DNA of 63,876 bases, filler included, from Rhabdomonas costata (GCA_019059605.1; 42 parts of 42 records of this genome joined end to end with filler, not necessarily neighbours in it), one strand, 5' to 3'; positions 34,101-47,396 are shown, numbered from the whole stretch's first letter. Translations and numbers: made by a program. Notes: a model not told the origin generated them from the letters alone.

Positions 34101-34601
34101 CTGTTTCGCGACGGCCTCCGTGATTAGCACAGGAACCCCAAGGGCCTTGCACGCCACTCTCTGCACCACAACGGCCTGGCTCACAGCCTCCCCCACCACC
34201 ACAAACCGCATAACAACGTCGCTGCCCAAGTTCCCAAAGCTCACCGGGGAGCTCGCGATGCCCACCCGAAGCCCCAGTAGGGCAGGACCCTCGGTCTCCT
34301 CCTTGGGAAGGCTTTCGGCGTTGGAAGGTGAAAAGGTCGAAGAGCTTGGGGGAACATACGCAAGGCCCCCTGTGGGGTCAGCGTCTCCCGACCGCACCCC
34401 GGAGGGACGGCAGTGGACGATGCCCCACTTTGCCAGCACCTCCAGCGCGCACTTCACTGCACGGTACTCCGCTCGGCTGCACCGCCGTGGGACGTTGAAC
34501 AGGGCCAGCACACGGTACCCAAGCACTTTGTCCACCAGCCCTTGATGCGCGGTGACCTGCTCGTGCACGACTTCGATGTAGCGGTGGTACACGCGCTCCA
34601 G
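34101..34601 (-). CDS. Class III adenylate cyclase-like domain with degenerate catalytic residues, one 501-nt exon
   Basis: CTAACAG acceptor; GLVDKVLGYRVLALFNVP...AVKCAL...LRVGIASSPVSFGNLGS...FVVVGEAVSQAVVVQ...VLITEAV; GT donor. Confidence 0.88.
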
Positions 34602-35181
34602 CTGTTAGTTATGATGCAAACGGAACATCACGGGAGGACGTCATCTACAGGTTAGGGTAAAGTTGGGGGAATTTGCCCTGCCACGGAAACTTCTATTTTT
34701 TATTTTTTTATTTTAGAACTTCTATTTTCCTCCGCACGCGCCCACGCGCTGGTGCAGGAAGTCGAGCGAATGCCCTGTGAATGCCGTCACAATTACGGCA
34801 GAAAAAGCCACATCTTTTCCAAACCAGCGCGCCAAGGAAAGGTGTTAGCCACACTGCGAGAGCGGAAAATGGCGGGTTCTTATTTTTCGATAAAAGAAGC
34901 GGACCCTGCACACGTCCCAAACTCAANNNNNNNNNNNNNNNNNNNNNNNNNNNNNNNNNNNNNNNNNNNNTTAATTAATTAANNNNNNNNNNNNNNNNNN
35001 NNNNNNNNNNNNNNNNNNNNNNNNNNGTTTTTTTTTACCACCCTCGCCCTGTCAGTTTTTTGGACGCACTTTGATTTGGACTCTCTCCATGTTCCGGCGT
35101 AATTTTCTGCACGCCAAATCCGCTGCTTTTTTGCAAAAGATGTGAGGGTTGGTTGCTTTGACCGGCTTTTCCCACCCACAG

Positions 35182-36449
35182 GAGCCTGCCAGCTGGCCTT
35201 TATGTTGGAGTCCAACGAAACCTTGGAGGAGATCGACCTGTTCGGTAATGTCGTGGGCGCCAAGGGTGCTGACGCGTTCATTGAGGTGTGCCCCATTCAA
35301 GGGGGCAACCCCCCTTTCTTTGACCTCATATTGAGAATGTGCTGGTGGTTTTCGGGGCTCATGGTCTGAAGTCGCAGGACACTGGAATAGCTCTGGAAGC
35401 TCAAAATGGCTCGGGAAAAGATTTGCTAGTTTCAGTTCTACGTTGTCCTGTGAAGTTTTGTTCCATAAGCTGTGTCCATAAGTGTCTTCAAACGGCAGCA
35501 GCCTGGCATCACTGTTACAGCTGCATATGTTTTGGGTTTCCGTTTTTTTCCTGTGCAGCGTTTCAGAATGCAGACCAACTGCCAATGTCAATAACTTTTT
35601 TTCACAAATCTCCTTGTCCAACACTTTTTGAGCAGTTGGATTGACCTTGTGAGGGGAAGGTTGTGGCCAACAAAGGCAAAGGGGACTGTTCTTTCTCCGG
35701 AAAGGTTCTGATGGATCGCAATCACCACCTTACCAAGCTCAGCTTGAACAACAACGCGGTGAGCCAGGACTTGCTGGTAGACCTCGAGTTTGCGTTGGTG
35801 CTGAACCGCCAGCCCCTCAACCTGAAGCGCTTCCTGATTCCGCTGCGCGAGGATGACCCTGCGCTTGTGGAGCTGAAGTTCGACGAGCACCTGTCGCAGC
35901 GTTTCTACGACGATGTCAGCGGTTCCTTCGCCTTCCTTGACCACCTAATTTGATTGCTGCATTTGGCCAATTGGTTTGTCATGTTGGAATTTGTGGCATT
36001 GAGGTCCCCATTAATTAGCTGGACAAGTTTATTTGGCATACCTTTACTAAACAGGCCCAGGAAGAAGACGAAACAACCCCACCACAGTCACAGCAAACAA
36101 CCGTCACGGATGCAGCAGAGCTGAGAAAGGAAGGGATCGGCCGAGGCATAAACCCTCGAGCTCAAACAGAGAAAACATAGCAATTCTGCAAAGAGGCGAC
36201 GCTCCCTAACCCCAGGAAGTCAATACACCTTGCATCGCTCCCTAACCCCCTCCCAAAAATTAATCCTATTCTTGGGCCTGTTTAGTAAAGGGCTGCCTTT
36301 TATTTATACAGCAGGTCTGGTCGCAAACTAAGAGTTATCGGGAGAGCAGAGGCGGGAGTGGGTTGCGGGGGTGGGCCTTTCGCAGCTCGGATCTTGGCCG
36401 ACGCGCTGAGCCGGAATCACCACCTGACCTCCCTGGATCTTCCTAACAA
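35182..36449 (+). CDS. RNI-like leucine-rich repeat protein, three exons
   Basis: Exons 35182-35285, 35705-35921 and 36386-36449: NETLEEIDLFGNVVGAKGA, NHHLTKLSLNNNAV, LADALSRNHHLTSLDL. Confidence 0.88.
36035..36297. mobile_element. MITE-like element in LRR gene intron
   Basis: ~29-bp imperfect TIR GGCA(TA/GC)CCTTTACTAAACAGGCCCA(G/A)GAA, flanked by GTTTATTT / TTTTATTT (putative 8-bp TSD, one mismatch). Confidence 0.7.
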
Positions 36450-38088
36450 NNNNNNNNNNNNNNNNNNNNNNNNNNNNNNNNNNNNNNNNNNNNTTAATTA
36501 ATTAANNNNNNNNNNNNNNNNNNNNNNNNNNNNNNNNNNNNNNNNNNNNCTCATTTTGTATAAAGTTTCTTATCATGTCAACTTTTTGGCCCTACTCCTG
36601 GAGAGAACCCTGTGTGCTCATTGCGATTGTCTTTGCGATTAGGGACCCCACGCAGCACTTAGCGCACAGGGCCGCCTCCCCCCTTTCATCAATTGCCCTC
36701 TGTCTTCCGGGTACATTTATTGCCTTTCCCCCTTTTCAATCGCGCTACATGCACGGCACGTGTTCTCCGTTTTTTCTTGACATTTTCCCTCCACGAACAC
36801 TTGACCTGCACGCTTGCATTGCCTTATGCCCGGACCCTAACACCCTGTGCGCTGCTGCCGTGACTTTGCACCTTCAAAAAATTTAATACTACTCCGAAAT
36901 TTCTACGAAAAAGAAGATAGATTTTTTTACCTTTATCGTCGCTGCCAAGCTTGCGAAATTTTCAAAGTGCACCTCTTCTGACTCATCCAGGTCAATCCAC
37001 CAACACAACATAATTTCCATGAGAAAAAAGAAGTCACACCTGTTTTCCAAGGCCGAGGCTTCGGCACGGCAGCCGAATTCTTTAAATGCCGAGAACAGGT
37101 GTGTCCTCTTGCGCAGTATTGAGCAACTCCAACGGAAGAGCATGCCGTTTCGAGTTGAGCGCAGCCAGATGAATTGAAGAGGCCAATGAATTTACTGCCA
37201 AAGAAAATGAAATAATCTGGGGAGACAGCTGAAGAAAGCTGCTTTTTCTGAAACAAGCAACCTGCATAGCCTATTCAGCGATTCTCGCGGATTAATGAGG
37301 GCAGGCCCATTACCCCTCTCTGTCGAAAGGGCCAATAGTCGACGAACAAGTGATGCTGCTGAGCGACTTGAAACCTGGGGTTAAGGCGAGCAAAAAAAAA
37401 AGACACCTGGATTGTGGTGGAAACTTTTGAAAAGCGAGCTCCAAAAGTCCAAGCGATGCAATTGCAGCCAAAAGTAAACCAGTGCCCGAAACGAAGGGAC
37501 GAGTCAAACGCTGCCGCATAGATCCAAGTGAGCCGGTCATGTCAAAGGAGACAAAATCATCAACAGTTCCAAGTCTGACCAACAAACAAAGTGTGTCACT
37601 GTGCAGACGCTTGGGTAAATCATGCGCCCCCCCCCCCAAAAAAAAAGTCGCCGGCTGCTTGGAAGTGTTGCAGAAGCAAATGCTATCGAGTTTCATGCCA
37701 AGAAACTCGATAGCCCCAAGCCGACCTCACTAGCACTGTTTCCCAGGGGGTTGGGAAAATAAGGGGAATTTAAGCTGCCAGAGCTTGTAATGTTCTGCAC
37801 TCTTGCGTGTTGCCAACAGAAGGAGTCAACACCCGTTGGCACAGGAACAGGCGTTGTCCCACCAAAGGAGCCGAAGGTCTCGAAGGCGATAGGCTGAAAT
37901 CCGCAGCCTCCCGTTTGAAGAGAGTACCGCTTTTATGACGCTTTATACTCTCTAAACAATCAATTTAAGACNNNNNNNNNNNNNNNNNNNNNNNNNNNNN
38001 NNNNNNNNNNNNNNNTTAATTAATTAANNNNNNNNNNNNNNNNNNNNNNNNNNNNNNNNNNNNNNNNNNNNGGGTGGGGTGGGCGCAT

Positions 38089-38131
38089 TGCGCACTGGCT
38101 GTTGCCTGGTTGACTGGTTGACCGGTTGGTG
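38089..38131 (+). repeat. Dispersed repeat family A, short copy 4
   Basis: CTGGCTGTTGCCTGGTTGACTGGTTGACCGGTTGGTG is identical to 4569-4605. Confidence 0.85.
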
Positions 38132-38280
38132 TATGTGTGTGTGGAAGAGAGCCACATGGAGACAATAAGTGAGCACCCCATGGCCCTCACGCCTATAAAG
38201 AATCTCCGCGATGAAAAGGAACCCACACACCACCCATTTTCCCCAATGTTGCCCCAAGAATAGAGGGAGGGTTCGGAGAC

Positions 38281-39287
38281 CTGTAGATGGAGGCTCTGCC
38301 GAGGCCAACGAGCTGACGCAGTGTTGCAGTAGCTCCAGCCATCCGGGAGGATCCACCCCCGGCTCCTCCGTCGGGTCGTAATGGCGCAAAAGAAAGGCAA
38401 GTCCGGCACACCGCCCGGCTAGAACTGCAGGCTGAGGGTGCGAGAGAGCGGAGGGCATCGCTTCTTGTTTTCAGAGACCTTCTGATTTTTCAAAAATCCC
38501 TCGGTCCTTGGAAAGCTTGAAAGGAGTCGGGTTGCGCCCACAGTGTAGCAGCCGTAAAAGAACATTTTAGGTTTCATCCGTTCAAGTCCAGGTTGTGTAA
38601 ATTAAGGAAGGTGTAGTTGAACAGAAATTCTTTAAACCTGAGGGCAGCGCAGCTAGGCAGCATCATGGGTAAAGCTCTGCTGCCTAGGGGCAATAACAGA
38701 GCTAATTATGTGGCATAGGTGGAATCCCAGATACACCTCCCACATACACCCGCACGCAGAGAATATCGATGGATGCACACCAGCAGGCTCGCTGCAGCTG
38801 ACTGGATTAGAGCCGGCATGACCTTTTGGTTCACAGTCCCGAGGAGAGCGCTGGGCGAGTCACCTGTTGTCAAGCAGCAGGGAGCATAAATAACTCGAAC
38901 AATCCAAAGGTCGAAAAAGGGCAAAGGGGCAAAAGGGCACGGTAGGTTTATTAAAGCTGAGAAGACACACATTTTCGCTCATTTGTGCCTTGCGACACAT
39001 TTGTCAGCCCTAAACAGTGCAGTTCGCTCCGCAGCAGCCTTGTTGCTCAAAATATATCCGGTGCACCGCGAACCAGGCGTGGTCAGTTCCAAAAAGAGAG
39101 CACGTCAGCGTTGTCGAGTTGACAGTTTTTGTTCCAAAACGCACACCCCGCAATTTAGCCAGCAGCAGAAGCATCCTCTGAGCAGCAGTTCGCGCAGGAG
39201 CTGCGGCAGACGTCAGCTCGCCGCACAACAGCTGCACCAGTTCCTCCAGCGGCATCCCGGCGACGCACTCCTCGCTGGCGGCGCTGC
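38281..39287 (-). CDS. HEAT-repeat protein, possibly TRRAP/Tra1-like, three exons
   Basis: Exons 39287-39147, 38863-38781 and 38431-38281, phase-compatible: LVQLLCGELTSAAAPARTAAQRMLLLLAKLRGDSPSALL...PAVLAGRCAGLAFLL. Confidence 0.5.
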
Positions 39288-39595
39288 CTGAAAAGTGGCC
39301 AATGTTGCCCATTCACTCTGCCTCATAGTCGGACAGTCAGGGGCACGAGTAATCCACACCCCGGTGCTAGCACATGCATCCAAATCGCGTGAGGTCCATA
39401 AAATCAAAGAGCCATTCGATAACCACTGCCGGCCGAAGGTTTCAGAAAATGCCACTGGTTCAAAAGCGGCAAACCACAGGAACCCCCAACACAANNNNNN
39501 NNNNNNNNNNNNNNNNNNNNNNNNNNNNNNNNNNNNNNTTAATTAATTAANNNNNNNNNNNNNNNNNNNNNNNNNNNNNNNNNNNNNNNNNNNNG

Positions 39596-39898
39596 TGGTT
39601 GTGGGGGGTGCTATCCGTGGGGCTGAACCAGCAGATTCTGCACCACCTGATGCCCACGGTCAACCCCTGCCACTACCCCGACCTACACCCCGTGGTCCGC
39701 TCCGTGGCCGCGGCGCACGGGCTGGACTACGCCAGCCGCAGCGCAAACACCTTCACCGGGATGCTCCGGAAGTATATCGGGTGGGTGTCCCTCCTGAACA
39801 GCTCGCCCGACGCCGCTCGGGGGCTGCTCCTGCAGGGCAAGCAGAGCCTCAGCTGCGGGGCAGAGAAGCCCTTGGACACTCTGCAGAGGTGTGTCTGA
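39596..39898 (+). CDS. Front-end fatty acid desaturase, C-terminal part
   Basis: Third His box GLNQQILHHLMP followed by HYP..HPVV...HGLDY; stop at 39898. Confidence 0.88.
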   Translation, partial: WLWGVLSVGLNQQILHHLMPTVNPCHYPDLHPVVRSVAAAHGLDYASRSANTFTGMLRKYIGWVSLLNSSPDAARGLLLQGKQSLSCGAEKPLDTLQRCV

Positions 39899-41134
39899 AT
39901 TTCACCTATGCGATTTAGAAAGACCGCAACTTTGTCTTCAGATCAAATTATGGCACACTTGAGAACTGTAGAGAATCCGTGCCAGGTATTTGCTTTGTAT
40001 TCGTCTGTATTTTTTTGGGGGGGGTTAAACGTTACTCCGCCTTCATACCGAAAAACGGCGTTGTTTCGTATTTAGGCGTTGTACCGTTTTACGTTTTACG
40101 ACCCACCATTTGTTTCGTCACGTCCTGTGGCAAGGTACAAGGTCCCTCAATACCGGCACTTCTGAAAGCTCGATATCAATGGTCAACATTTTCTCAGTGA
40201 ATGTGTTTTTTGCATTGCTCCCTGAATACGCACTTACGCTCACTCTCGGATTTGTAGCAACGGCCCCATATCCGCCGCCGGGTTGCCCGCAGAGACCTCC
40301 TCCGTGTCGTGCGTCTGTGAAGGGCAGCGTTTGCAAGACGGGCGCAGCTCGGGCTAGCTTGGGTCCGACGATGCCCACCCCATCTGTCTTATGCAGGAAG
40401 GGGCTTAGAGAGCCCATGAAGACCAGAAATTAGAACTAAGCTGACGGGTGGTCTTTTTTGAAGAAACATGTTTGGCTTTTGTACGCATATGAGATATTCG
40501 GGGGCTGGTGACGTGCCCTTTTTCCTTGTGTTGGATCGTTTTGGCTTCATCTCAATGATCTGGAGGGATGAGAGGAAGAAACGCTGCCACACGCTGGACA
40601 AGCTCATCCTTTGGTCTTGTGATGTTTGTTGCTGTATATTTGCGGGGAGAAAGGAGAGGGGCGGGTTCCTATGTGATGCGTTTTCTCATCTTGTCCCCCA
40701 ACCCGCTCTCCGCTGTCTCAGTGATCTGAGCTTTTGTTCAGCTGCTTTGGTGCCCAGCTTCGTTGCCTTGCCGTACTCTCGGCGATGTCTATATACAAGC
40801 ATACTGTTGTTAACAACGCTACGATCGCAGGTGCTACGTTGACGTGCTTCCCTTCAGCTACTGAGTAGAGGACTGCCTCAGCCCCGGCTGTATCTGTCCA
40901 ATCCTGAGTGGGTAGAAGTCCTTTAGCTCTTCCGTTTTTATGCACTTCAGTTGACTTCAGTCGTGCCCAGCACCGCAGCTCCATATCTCAGGTGATTTCG
41001 ACCCTGGCGGGTTAAACNNNNNNNNNNNNNNNNNNNNNNNNNNNNNNNNNNNNNNNNNNNNTTAATTAATTAANNNNNNNNNNNNNNNNNNNNNNNNNNN
41101 NNNNNNNNNNNNNNNNNATACTGTTTCACTTGAC

Positions 41135-42521
41135 CGTAGGTCAGATCAGGGAGCACGGGGGAAGATGGGCGCTCAGGGACGGTAGCAGGCGGCTGGGAAA
41201 AGGCACAGAACAAGAGCAAGGAGGAAAGCTCGAAAAAGCCGTTGAGCGAAAGCCAAAGTATATAGAAAAGCACCCGATGAGAAAAAAGGAAAACACTGAG
41301 CAGTGTCATACAGGCGCCGCTGCGTCAGCAACTTCCGGGCGTCTTCTTTTGGCTGTAAAGTGCAATGTGAGTGCCATCAAATAAAAAACCAAGCGCAGCC
41401 ACATGATTATCCTGTAGAAATCCGCACCGCACCATCTTCTGGAATCTCCAAAGTTTGCGTCGTCTGCTCAATACCCCGTTTAAGTGGAGCCTGCGAGTAA
41501 GAAAGCAAAAAAAATCATTTGTGTAATTCAGTGACAGGCAATTCTTAAAACAGTGCGCCAGTCCGACCTGTTCGGGGGCAAGACCAGCAATCGGGCCTGC
41601 AAGAGAGAGCGACACAAAAAAAAACAAAGAACCTTGGTGGTACAAATCTAAGGGCAAAACTAATGGTGCCCAACTGGCAAGTTCAGCCTACAACCTACAA
41701 CCAAAAAACGAAACACGGCACCAGTTGCAGCTTCCGCAGTGGCTGAGTTTTCAGCCTGAACAGCCAGGGAAGTGGCCTCGGCAACCTCGGCCTCTGGCTG
41801 CGACTGTTGCATCAACTGAAGCTGAAACAAAGGAAGGCATCAATGCAAAGGTTCAATTATCCTTATTAGCCTTTTGGTCGTTGCACCCCGGTCATTAGCT
41901 AGACTTAGAAGCATTACTTTCGAAATGAAATTAACATTCTATAAATGTGCGGTTGCGAGGTTGGTCGAACACTGAAAGCAACTGCGCTTCAATCTATAAT
42001 TTGCGTCAGCACCTCCGAAAATTTAAATAAAATTTAAAGGGAAAACCTTTCAGCAGTGTACTTTTATTTAGGGAACACGTGCATTAAAGGAGCCTTCAAG
42101 AAAAAAGGCGCACTGCTGGAGTGCCTTCAAAAATCTTGAAATGAACAGAGGTCAGTCCCGAAGATGAGAATTCGAAAAAGGCAACATGAAAGAACATGCC
42201 CGTTTAGCTTCCACAAAGCCTCGGATCTGCTTTATTTTCGTCTCGATGTGCTTTGGCGTCACCACCTCCAGGTTGCATTTTTGCATTTGCTCCAGCCATT
42301 CCTTGTATTCGTCCTTGCAAAAGTTATCCAAAGCTGAAAAATCACTTCAAATCAAGCAATACACGGAAAGGAGAGGAGTGCGAATTTGGAAACCTGCGTG
42401 AAGTCTCCGTTTGAAATGAAGTCCATCTTGAAAGTCATTTTGGCAGTTCCCCAGGTCAAGGATAAAAGCTTGTGAGTCCATGCATCTCCAATTTTATACA
42501 CCTGGTCAGACGTCTGAACTC
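41135..42521 (-). CDS. Plus3-domain protein (Rtf1-like) followed by short low-complexity exons
   Basis: Exons 42521-42394 and 42313-42266: VYKIGDAWTHKLLSLTWG..KMTFKMDFISNGDFTQ|DEYKEWLEQM. Further small GT-AG exons near 41820, 41595, 41490, 41355 and 41195. Confidence 0.65.
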
Positions 42522-42649
42522 CTGGCGGGAAAACCAAAAANNNNNNNNNNNNNNNNNNNNNNNNNNNNNNNNNNNNNNNNNNNNTTAATTAATTAANNNN
42601 NNNNNNNNNNNNNNNNNNNNNNNNNNNNNNNNNNNNNNNNTGTGTTGGT

Positions 42650-42712
42650 GTGATGGTGATGCTGATGGTGATGGTGATGGTGATGGTGATGGTGATGGTG
42701 ATGGTGATGGTG
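42650..42712 (+). repeat. (TGATGG)n microsatellite
   Basis: Direct observation. Confidence 0.93.
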
Positions 42713-44486
42713 TGGTGAGGGGGTGATAGTGAGTGACGGTGAAGGTCGGCTTCGTGGAGGGTGTTTCGTGTGGAGTGTCAGTTTTGTGTTGAAGGTGTCA
42801 GTAGTGTGGAATGTGGCGTGTGTAAAAGGTGTGCGTGAGGGATAGTGACTGGTGTGTACGCGAGGAGGGACCGAGGGTTTGACGTGATGGAGGGTGTGAC
42901 TGAGGGTGTGACTGAGGGTGTGACAGAGGTTGTGACAGAGCGTGCGTGTGGTTGTGGTATTGGCAAGTGAGTCTGATGGAGGGGTCAATGTCTGCGTGAG
43001 AATCGTGCGTTTTGTTTCTCGGGTTCTGTGCGTATGGTATGGGTCAGTATGTGAGGATGAGCATGAGAATGGTGGTTTTTGCGAATGACAGTGTCATAAT
43101 CAAGTTGGTGGTGTCACATAAGTGTCATTGTTACAATAGATGGTTGATGCGAGGATCAGTGTTGCGTGTCTGAGGGTCATGGTCAAGGTTGCGTGGGACG
43201 TGGAAGGTGGATGGTGAGTGTCAGTTGTGTGTGCGTTGATGGATGGTCATGGTGTCACTGGATGGTAGTGGTTGTGAGAATGGTTTTTGGATGGTTCGCG
43301 GGTCCGTGGTGTGTGTTTGTACGTGGTTGTTTGACGTCCATATGGATTTCCAAGCTGAAATCCCCGACTCCTACCCAAATCAGATGGACCAACATATGCC
43401 GTGAGCAATGACAGATGATGAAGATCATGTCAGGAAGTCCAGACATCCACCACATGAGAATCTACAGGAAGTTCATGATGACAAGGCCTTTGCGAACGCA
43501 ATGTCTCAACTTACATACTAATGGGATAAGCAGTGAGATGCAACTAAGTGGGACGGTACCATTGTGTCAGTTGAACTGTTTTGTGTGATTTATGCGTTTA
43601 AGTTGAACGATACCATGGTAGCAGTAACGCACAATAGCTCCAGTGGTTAGATGGCTAAAAACTACCACTGGTTGATGCACACATGCGGAGTACCACGATG
43701 TGTATATGCCAAGTGCAGGAAGAAACATTGAAACTTTTCCCCACATGTGCCACATGTAATATCGGTACTGAGTATGTCCAGTATTTGCTTGTCATTACAT
43801 GCCACATACTTCCACTCGTGGCACGTTTCTCCTTTTCTTCACGCTTCTTCCTGTTCTCTTCTCTCAAATCCTGGTCTTCTAACTTTTCTTGTGTGGTTAC
43901 TGCTTACTGTTGCGAACGAGCACCGCTGCGAGTGATCCATTCGCTTCCATGAGCTTTGTGTAATCGTACGAACAGCAGCGTTTGGGACTCCACAGTGGTA
44001 TCGAGGAGAACTCATAACCGCTCAGAATCTGCGCCGACCCACACGAGCACGTAGGTCTCCCNNNNNNNNNNNNNNNNNNNNNNNNNNNNNNNNNNNNNNN
44101 NNNNNTTAATTAATTAANNNNNNNNNNNNNNNNNNNNNNNNNNNNNNNNNNNNNNNNNNNNGTGTTTGTGAGTGATGCTTGCTCACTCAGGGGTGTGTAT
44201 TTGTGGGAAGCTTATAGATGCATTTGGGAATCGCTTGAAATGAACCTTGGAGGGTGTTGTGGATTTTGCGGAGTTGGGGTCGTAGTGGATTATTTTTGAA
44301 CTGTAAAAGTTAGCCAACAGGAAAAGTGATGCAAACGTGCTCAGAAAAGTATCTAAGTATCCTTGCCTCTTAGCGGTTTCTGTGCTCGAGGGTTAGAATT
44401 CTTTTTCTGCATTTAAAAAAGATGTGTGCTCTTTTCTCACTTCCCTGCAGCGTCCTTCACGCACGACCCACACGCCATGATTGCAG

Positions 44487-44654
44487 GAGGTCGGGCTGGC
44501 GAATAACCGCTTCACGGGGTACCTTCCTCCGTCCTTCATGAACGCAAAGTGGCAGTGGTTCCCCGAGCCCGCGTCCGCACTGGCCAGCAACGACTGGCTG
44601 CCGCCCGTCCCCGACTGGGCCTCCGACATGGGGGCCTCTCCTCAGCCCCTGCAG
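44487..44654 (+). CDS. Exon with plant-type extracellular LRR motif
   Basis: AG|EVGLANNRFTGYLPPSF...LASNDWLPPVPDW...|GT. Confidence 0.65.
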
Positions 44655-45684
44655 GTGGGTGTCTCACCTCCCCCTGGTGGCTTTGTTTGTGTATGTGTGA
44701 GTGCATGGATGCATTTTTCAATTTGAGTTTGAGTTCTTCGTTCTTTTTCTCCTTTCCATCTGCCCTTTCCTGCTCCCCTATCAGCTATGCGTTGGTTGGT
44801 CAGGACAGATCCCAGGAACCGAGGAGGCGTTCCCCCCGTTCCTTGAGACAGAACCGACACACCGGAGGAAGAAGCAAAACTTCTGACAAAAAGACGCATG
44901 CGGTGCACCTACGGGGTCTTGGGGGGGGGGCTCCGGAAGCGACTCCTCTTTATTTTCCTTTTGCCCACCCATTTTTGTTTCGTTTGTATAGTTTGTGCAT
45001 CAGGTGTGGTTACTTCCAGGGACTCTGGGTATGCTTTGTCTGACGTTTGTTCATTCGTTCACGCTCGTTTAGCCTGTCAAGTTCTCTCTTCCGGAATATA
45101 TATTTTCTTTGTTCACCTCAAAAAGTCACAACAAAAAAAGGCGATTACTAAGCCAGGCGTTTTCAGGCTTCGAAGCTTAAATGGGTGGTGAAAAAACTGG
45201 ATTTCCAGAGCATATTTGTTGAGCTTGTTTTTGAACTCATACTTGATCTTCTACTCTACCTTTTACTTTTGAGGTGAGAGAGGCCCACCATTACACCCCA
45301 ATGCTCCCATATGGTCTAAAATCACACAGGCGCACGCGCACAGACTGGGTCACAGCTCGCTGACCCAGAAACTGGTGAACTGCCAGAGAACTGAGACAGC
45401 AGCCCCCGTATCAGCCTTCCCGCCATCCGTCAGGCACCCACAACCACAACCACACCTCGAATCCAGGAGCTGCTGTATTTCAGATGCCCCCTTTCCCTTG
45501 GTTCTCAGGTTCAGGTGGTGACCCCAAACCCCAAACACCCTTACCCTGAGGCCGCACCAAAGCAAACGTAACCTCAGACCAACCNNNNNNNNNNNNNNNN
45601 NNNNNNNNNNNNNNNNNNNNNNNNNNNNTTAATTAATTAANNNNNNNNNNNNNNNNNNNNNNNNNNNNNNNNNNNNNNNNNNNN

Positions 45685-46956
45685 GTGTGGTTGTCGAGCA
45701 AGTGGGTAGGGTGGCCGAGGGGCCTAGCTCAGCAAGGTGCTGGGATGTGGGGTGTCGCAAGGGAATCCAAAAGCTGAACCGTGAGCCTCGGCCCTCGCCC
45801 TCACTAGATGCGGTGAGGTCCCCTCCCATGAGCTGGATGAGCTTTCGGGAAATCACCAGGCCCAGGCCAGTGCCCCCAAAGCGGCGAGCAATCGAGACAT
45901 CTGTGGAAGATATCGCACAAGAAGAAACACACAAACTCAATTTAAAAAGGATCCTTTTTACAGTAAATAATGGCGGAAACATGAATCAATGAGCGTCCAT
46001 GTCAAACAACGGAGAGCCCAAACAAAGATGCTCATAAGTCCCAAGCATTCGGTCCGTTTCACTATTCACAATCTTCCACGTAATTCCATGGATCTAAAGG
46101 AATAAGGACCACCCAAAAGGGTCCAGATTGTGTCGGTGCAGCCCGAATCACCGAGGCACCAAAGTCACCGCATACCGGCTTGCACAAATGGCTGGAAAAG
46201 CCGCCCCATGGCCTCCGCAGACAGCCCAATGCCCGTGTCCTGCACCTCGAACAGCAGCTGCGTCTTGTCGGAACTCAGCTGACACTGCAGGCACACCTTC
46301 CCTTCGGATGTGAACTGCAAAAAAGAAGCGGAGCATGCTAACAAGTCACCGACCTGTCTTTGCAGCAAAAGATGCCAAAGACCCGTTTGTTATTAACAAA
46401 AGGGGGCTACGCCCCTGGCCAACACTTCGGACATCAGACATCAGAATGCAGGCGCCTGAGGTCTAACCTTCTCTTCTCTGTCGCCTCGCACCATATGACC
46501 TTTGAAGTGACCGTTAGCAGCATTGCTGATGCCGGTGGAGCATCCACAGCTAACTCCACGTCACTGCAAAAGGGGAGCGTGCAACTTCAAAATACAATGC
46601 CACTTCGGTCAGGTTTCCAAATCCTAGTGTGTACTTTCAACAATGTCTCCTCCCCCAAAGGTCCTTCTCAACTTTTACTGCTTCCGCCTGAAAAGCAATG
46701 CACCAATTGAGATGGTCGTCATCAAATGAGTGAGGGATAAAGAGAAAACCTTGATCGCGTTGCTCAGAAGGTTCAGAAGGACTTGCTGCAGCCGGCATGC
46801 GTCTCCCACGACGATTCGGGGCACCATGGAGTTGATCCAAGACACAAGCTCCAAGCCCGCAGCCTCTGCCCGCATCTGCACAATCTCCAGGGTCTGATCG
46901 ATGCAGTCGTGGATCACCAAGGGTCTGAAGTCCAGCTCCAGCATGCCGCTCTGGAT
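45685..46956 (-). CDS. Sensor histidine kinase, HATPase_c domain, three exons
   Basis: Exons 46956-46750, 46314-46176 and 45900-edge: N box RLQQVLLNLLSNAIK|FT, G1 DTGIG, F box LFQPFVQA|D, G2 FGGTGLGL. Confidence 0.95.
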
Positions 46957-47396
46957 CTTTGAGAACTAGTTCCCCAGACCCCCAAGGACAGAAGAAAGGC
47001 GAGCCCACCACAATTTTGAAGGCCATTGGTGGAGGGTTTATGAAAGTATCCAGGGCCTTCAAAACCAAACCAAACCAAACCAAACCAGCACGGATCTCCC
47101 ACAACACNNNNNNNNNNNNNNNNNNNNNNNNNNNNNNNNNNNNNNNNNNNNTTAATTAATTAANNNNNNNNNNNNNNNNNNNNNNNNNNNNNNNNNNNNN
47201 NNNNNNNGTGGTGTTTTTTTTTTTGCTTAAAGTGCGTGTGGAATCTGAACTGGTGCTCAGTTCGTGAGTGGAGCTGGTGGTGTGACCGCTTGCACTGCAA
47301 GGACAAGAAAGTTTCGAAGCAATGTTCGAAAGAGATTTGGTTTTGCATCCTCTTTTGTTGACCCTGTGACTGGGCACCTCGGTGTTTGTGATACAG

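Noticed and set aside
42593-42988. Poly-His ORF on the minus strand
   Set aside because: It is a translation of the (CCATCA)n microsatellite with no other coding signal.
43330-43900. Possible non-LTR retrotransposon C-terminal Cys/His remnant (similar hints at 10900-11330 and 32000-32680)
   Set aside because: Only scattered motif-like residues across frames; not supportable without a search.
45685-46956. Histidine kinase as bacterial contamination
   Set aside because: It is interrupted by phase-compatible GT-AG introns, so it is a eukaryotic nuclear gene.
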